Source: Thermodesulfobacteriota bacterium (GTDB taxonomy: Bacteria > Desulfobacterota > Desulfarculia > JACQYL01). Taken from it: a DNA stretch of 64,000 nucleotides. The stretch's first letter is position 1, and every line of letters starts with the position of its first letter. Location of the stretch: assembly GCA_963675595.2 (NCBI GenBank), contig CAXXLZ010000002.1, positions 1,984,001 to 2,048,000 on the forward strand. The letters run 5' to 3'. Under the pieces are notes generated by a model, which had not been told where the DNA came from, made no database searches, and worked only from the letters and a program-made list of their open reading frames with translations. A program made the translations under genes and the position numbers. Of the stretch, positions 61,697 to 64,000 are shown piece after piece.

Positions 61697-61720
61697 GATC
61701 CTCACATTAGGCGGCATTGG

Positions 61721-62041
61721 TCAGTTGGAATCACCGGTCGCACCGGTCGACTTCTTGGGCTCGGCCGCCTCCTTGGGCTTCTTCTCCGCTTTTTCCGCGG
61801 GTGAAGAGGCTGTGGAGGATGATGCGGACGATCCGGACGACCCGGATGTCGAGGTGGAGCACTTGCGGGCATAATCGGTCACGTACCATCCGGACCCTTT
61901 GAGGTGGAAGGTACTTTGAGAGATCAGCCTGCGGAGCTCTCCCCCACAATGTTCGCAGGAGGTCAAAGGATCATCGCTAAAGCGTTGCATGGCCTCGGTA
62001 ATTTTCCCACACCCCGAGCACTCGTATTCATAAATCGGCAT
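61721..62041 (-). CDS. FmdB-family zinc-ribbon regulatory protein
   Basis: MPIYEYECSGCG...CEHCGG...FHLKGSGWYVTDY with a Ser/Lys-rich tail. Confidence 0.92.
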   Translation of the reverse strand: MPIYEYECSGCGKITEAMQRFSDDPLTSCEHCGGELRRLISQSTFHLKGSGWYVTDYARKCSTSTSGSSGSSASSSTASSPAEKAEKKPKEAAEPKKSTGATGDSN

Positions 62042-62217
62042 AGTGAACACCCCCACGATGGTTTTGTTGTATGATTAGCCTGTTTTGGTATTTTGTCAAG
62101 GGGAAGTGAGGTAAGAAGAAAAGGATGCGCAGCGAGAAAAAGTGTTGCGGAGACGACGCGGTTGCGGTACAGTGCATGACAATATACCCATAAACAGCAC
62201 CAAAGCAGGTTTCGCAA

Positions 62218-63879
62218 ATGAAAAACTTCGTCGCAATCTTGACCTTGTGTACCTTCCTGGGCTTGGCCGCAACCTTCCCCGAGCCGGTTTCGGCCGTCGT
62301 CGCTTCCGACGCATCGCCGATCAAATCCATTCACAACTCTCAGTCCGACTCCAACGCTCTTTTCTCGGGCGTCGAAAGCGGCACTTTCCGGCAGGACGTC
62401 GACTCCCGCGTCCTTCGCAGCCGACGAGTCAGAATCAACCCTCAGGTCTTCGCTCGAACCACCGCAACTTCCACTCAGGGCGCGGAACTCATGACCCTGA
62501 ATCTCTTCGACGACACGGTATACCGCGCCGCCTTCAGAAGTTCGGACGTGAGTCGGGCCACGGGCGGCATCACCTGGGTGGGTGATATTGCGGAAGACGT
62601 CTACGGGCAGGTGGTGCTGACTTTGACCAAAGGGATTTTAGCCGGGACCGTCTCCCTTCCCGGTGCCCTTTACCAGATAAAATACATCGGGGCGGACGTC
62701 CATGAAGTCGTCCAAATCGACCCGGCTTCCTTCCCCTCGGAAGCCGCACCCATCACCCCCTCGTTAGGCGATTGGTCCACTTCGCCCGACGTGGTTTCTC
62801 CCGCCGCGGACAGCGGATCCGTTATCGACGTCCTGGTGGTGTACACGCCCGCGGCCCGACAGGCACAGGGCGGAACCTCGGCCATGGAAGCCCTCATCGA
62901 TCTGGCCGTGGCCGAAACCAACACCGGCTACGAAAACAGTGGGATCCAGCAGCGCCTCAATCTGGTCCACACCGCCGAGGTGAATTATACCGAATCCTCT
63001 TTTTCGACCGACCTATCCCGTCTTCAGGGGACAACCGACGGTTACATGGACGAAGTCCACAGCCTCAGGGACGCCTATTGCGCCGACGAAGTGGTCCTCA
63101 TCGGCAACCGCACCGACTACTGCGGGATCGGCTATCTGATGACATACGTTTCCACAAGCTTCAAGTCCTACGCGTTCGTCGTGGTTGCCAGAGTATGCGC
63201 CACGGGTTACTACAGCTTCGCCCATGAATTGGGCCACAATATGGGCGCCCACCACGACCGGGCCAACGCGAGCAGCCAAGGGGCATACGCATACGCCTAC
63301 GGCTACCAATCTCAAACCGAAGCTTTCAGGACGGTGATGGCCTACAACTGCCCCGGCGGATGTACTCGAGTACCCTACTGGTCGAATCCCGAAGTGACCT
63401 ATGGGGGAGAAGCCATGGGCGTTGCAGCCGGGGAAGCGAACGCTGCGGACAACCGCCTCACTCTGAACAATACGGCGTACACGGTGGCCAACTTCCGCAC
63501 TTCCTGCGACCCGTGTCCCGTCCCCGATTCCGGCTCACCCGTTTCTCCATCCGGAGAAACGTCCGAGACCCGTCCAACCTTTACCTGGCTGGAAGCCGAG
63601 GGCTCCGAATCCTACTTCCTCTCCGTACAGCAGGACGGCGGCGGGGAGGTCCTCTCCGAAGAGTATCCGGCCACGGTCTGCAGTTCCGGAACGTGCACGG
63701 TCGCCATTACACAGACCCTCCCGTCGGGAGCCTACAACTGGACCGTACAGGGTGATAACAGCTGTGGCCAAGGGCCCGAAAGCGAACCGATGTCGTTCGA
63801 GGTTAATGACGGAGGCGGGGGCCCGGTGAACCGCCTGCAACTGGTAACCGCACTGCTTTCCTTGCTTCTGGAAGAGTAG
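62218..63879 (+). CDS. Secreted M12/reprolysin-like zinc metallopeptidase
   Basis: Signal peptide, propeptide, IDVLVVYT, HELGHNMGAHHD, Met-turn TVMAY and a C-terminal beta-rich domain. Confidence 0.9.
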   Translation: MKNFVAILTLCTFLGLAATFPEPVSAVVASDASPIKSIHNSQSDSNALFSGVESGTFRQDVDSRVLRSRRVRINPQVFARTTATSTQGAELMTLNLFDDTVYRAAFRSSDVSRATGGITWVGDIAEDVYGQVVLTLTKGILAGTVSLPGALYQIKYIGADVHEVVQIDPASFPSEAAPITPSLGDWSTSPDVVSPAADSGSVIDVLVVYTPAARQAQGGTSAMEALIDLAVAETNTGYENSGIQQRLNLVHTAEVNYTESSFSTDLSRLQGTTDGYMDEVHSLRDAYCADEVVLIGNRTDYCGIGYLMTYVSTSFKSYAFVVVARVCATGYYSFAHELGHNMGAHHDRANASSQGAYAYAYGYQSQTEAFRTVMAYNCPGGCTRVPYWSNPEVTYGGEAMGVAAGEANAADNRLTLNNTAYTVANFRTSCDPCPVPDSGSPVSPSGETSETRPTFTWLEAEGSESYFLSVQQDGGGEVLSEEYPATVCSSGTCTVAITQTLPSGAYNWTVQGDNSCGQGPESEPMSFEVNDGGGGPVNRLQLVTALLSLLLEE

Positions 63880-64000
63880 CGTGGTTCGACCAGCCACGAC
63901 GAATCAGGCGAGCATCTCTCGGATCCCGTGGCACGATTTCGAGGTGAGAATCACGTGACCGGAGTTCAAGATCAGGACGGTTCGGGTGGCTTTGCCTCCG

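Noticed and set aside
63929-63943. Sigma54 promoter TGGCACGATTTCGAG
   Set aside because: The -24 element is good but the -12 GC is absent, and the downstream gene is outside the window.
1-64000. CRISPR array, tRNA, rRNA, prophage or reverse-transcriptase systems
   Set aside because: No regularly spaced repeats, cloverleaf or rRNA signatures, and no phage, cas or RT genes were recognised.

Overview
A GC-rich bacterial chromosomal window with about 46 CDS. Gene content and a characteristic ~140-bp intergenic repeat suggest a Desulfobacterota/deltaproteobacterial anaerobe (inference). It holds scattered housekeeping genes (trpB2, an orphan dnaA paralogue, purB, hisD) and a signalling block (two very large SBP-domain hybrid kinases, an MCP, a REC-HD-GYP protein). 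It also holds one intact IS1634-family element with 16-bp TIRs and a 5-bp TTTGA target duplication, and a LytS/LytTR pair behind a Tat-exported FAD enzyme. A P1B metal ATPase carries a CsoR/RcnR-type operator. A nine-gene envelope cluster runs LpoB, COG3014, FlgT-like, MlaE, catalytically dead MlaF, MlaD, TPR, YihY, Crp-like. A thioredoxin/cNMP-rhodanese/DoxX module follows, then a cluster with a muramidase-like lipoprotein, a pseudo-kinase and an 804-aa GAF protein with nucleotidyl-cyclase-like motifs. No rRNA, tRNA or CRISPR array was seen. The best candidates for something undescribed are a ~430-470-nt multi-stem non-coding segment (about 52.0-52.47 kb) behind a symmetric promoter-like palindrome, the putative divergent cyclase with nearby cNMP receptors, the MCE operon with a dead ATPase, and a ~227-nt rod-like fold directly after dnaA. 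All domain and structure calls were made by eye; no search or folding program was run.
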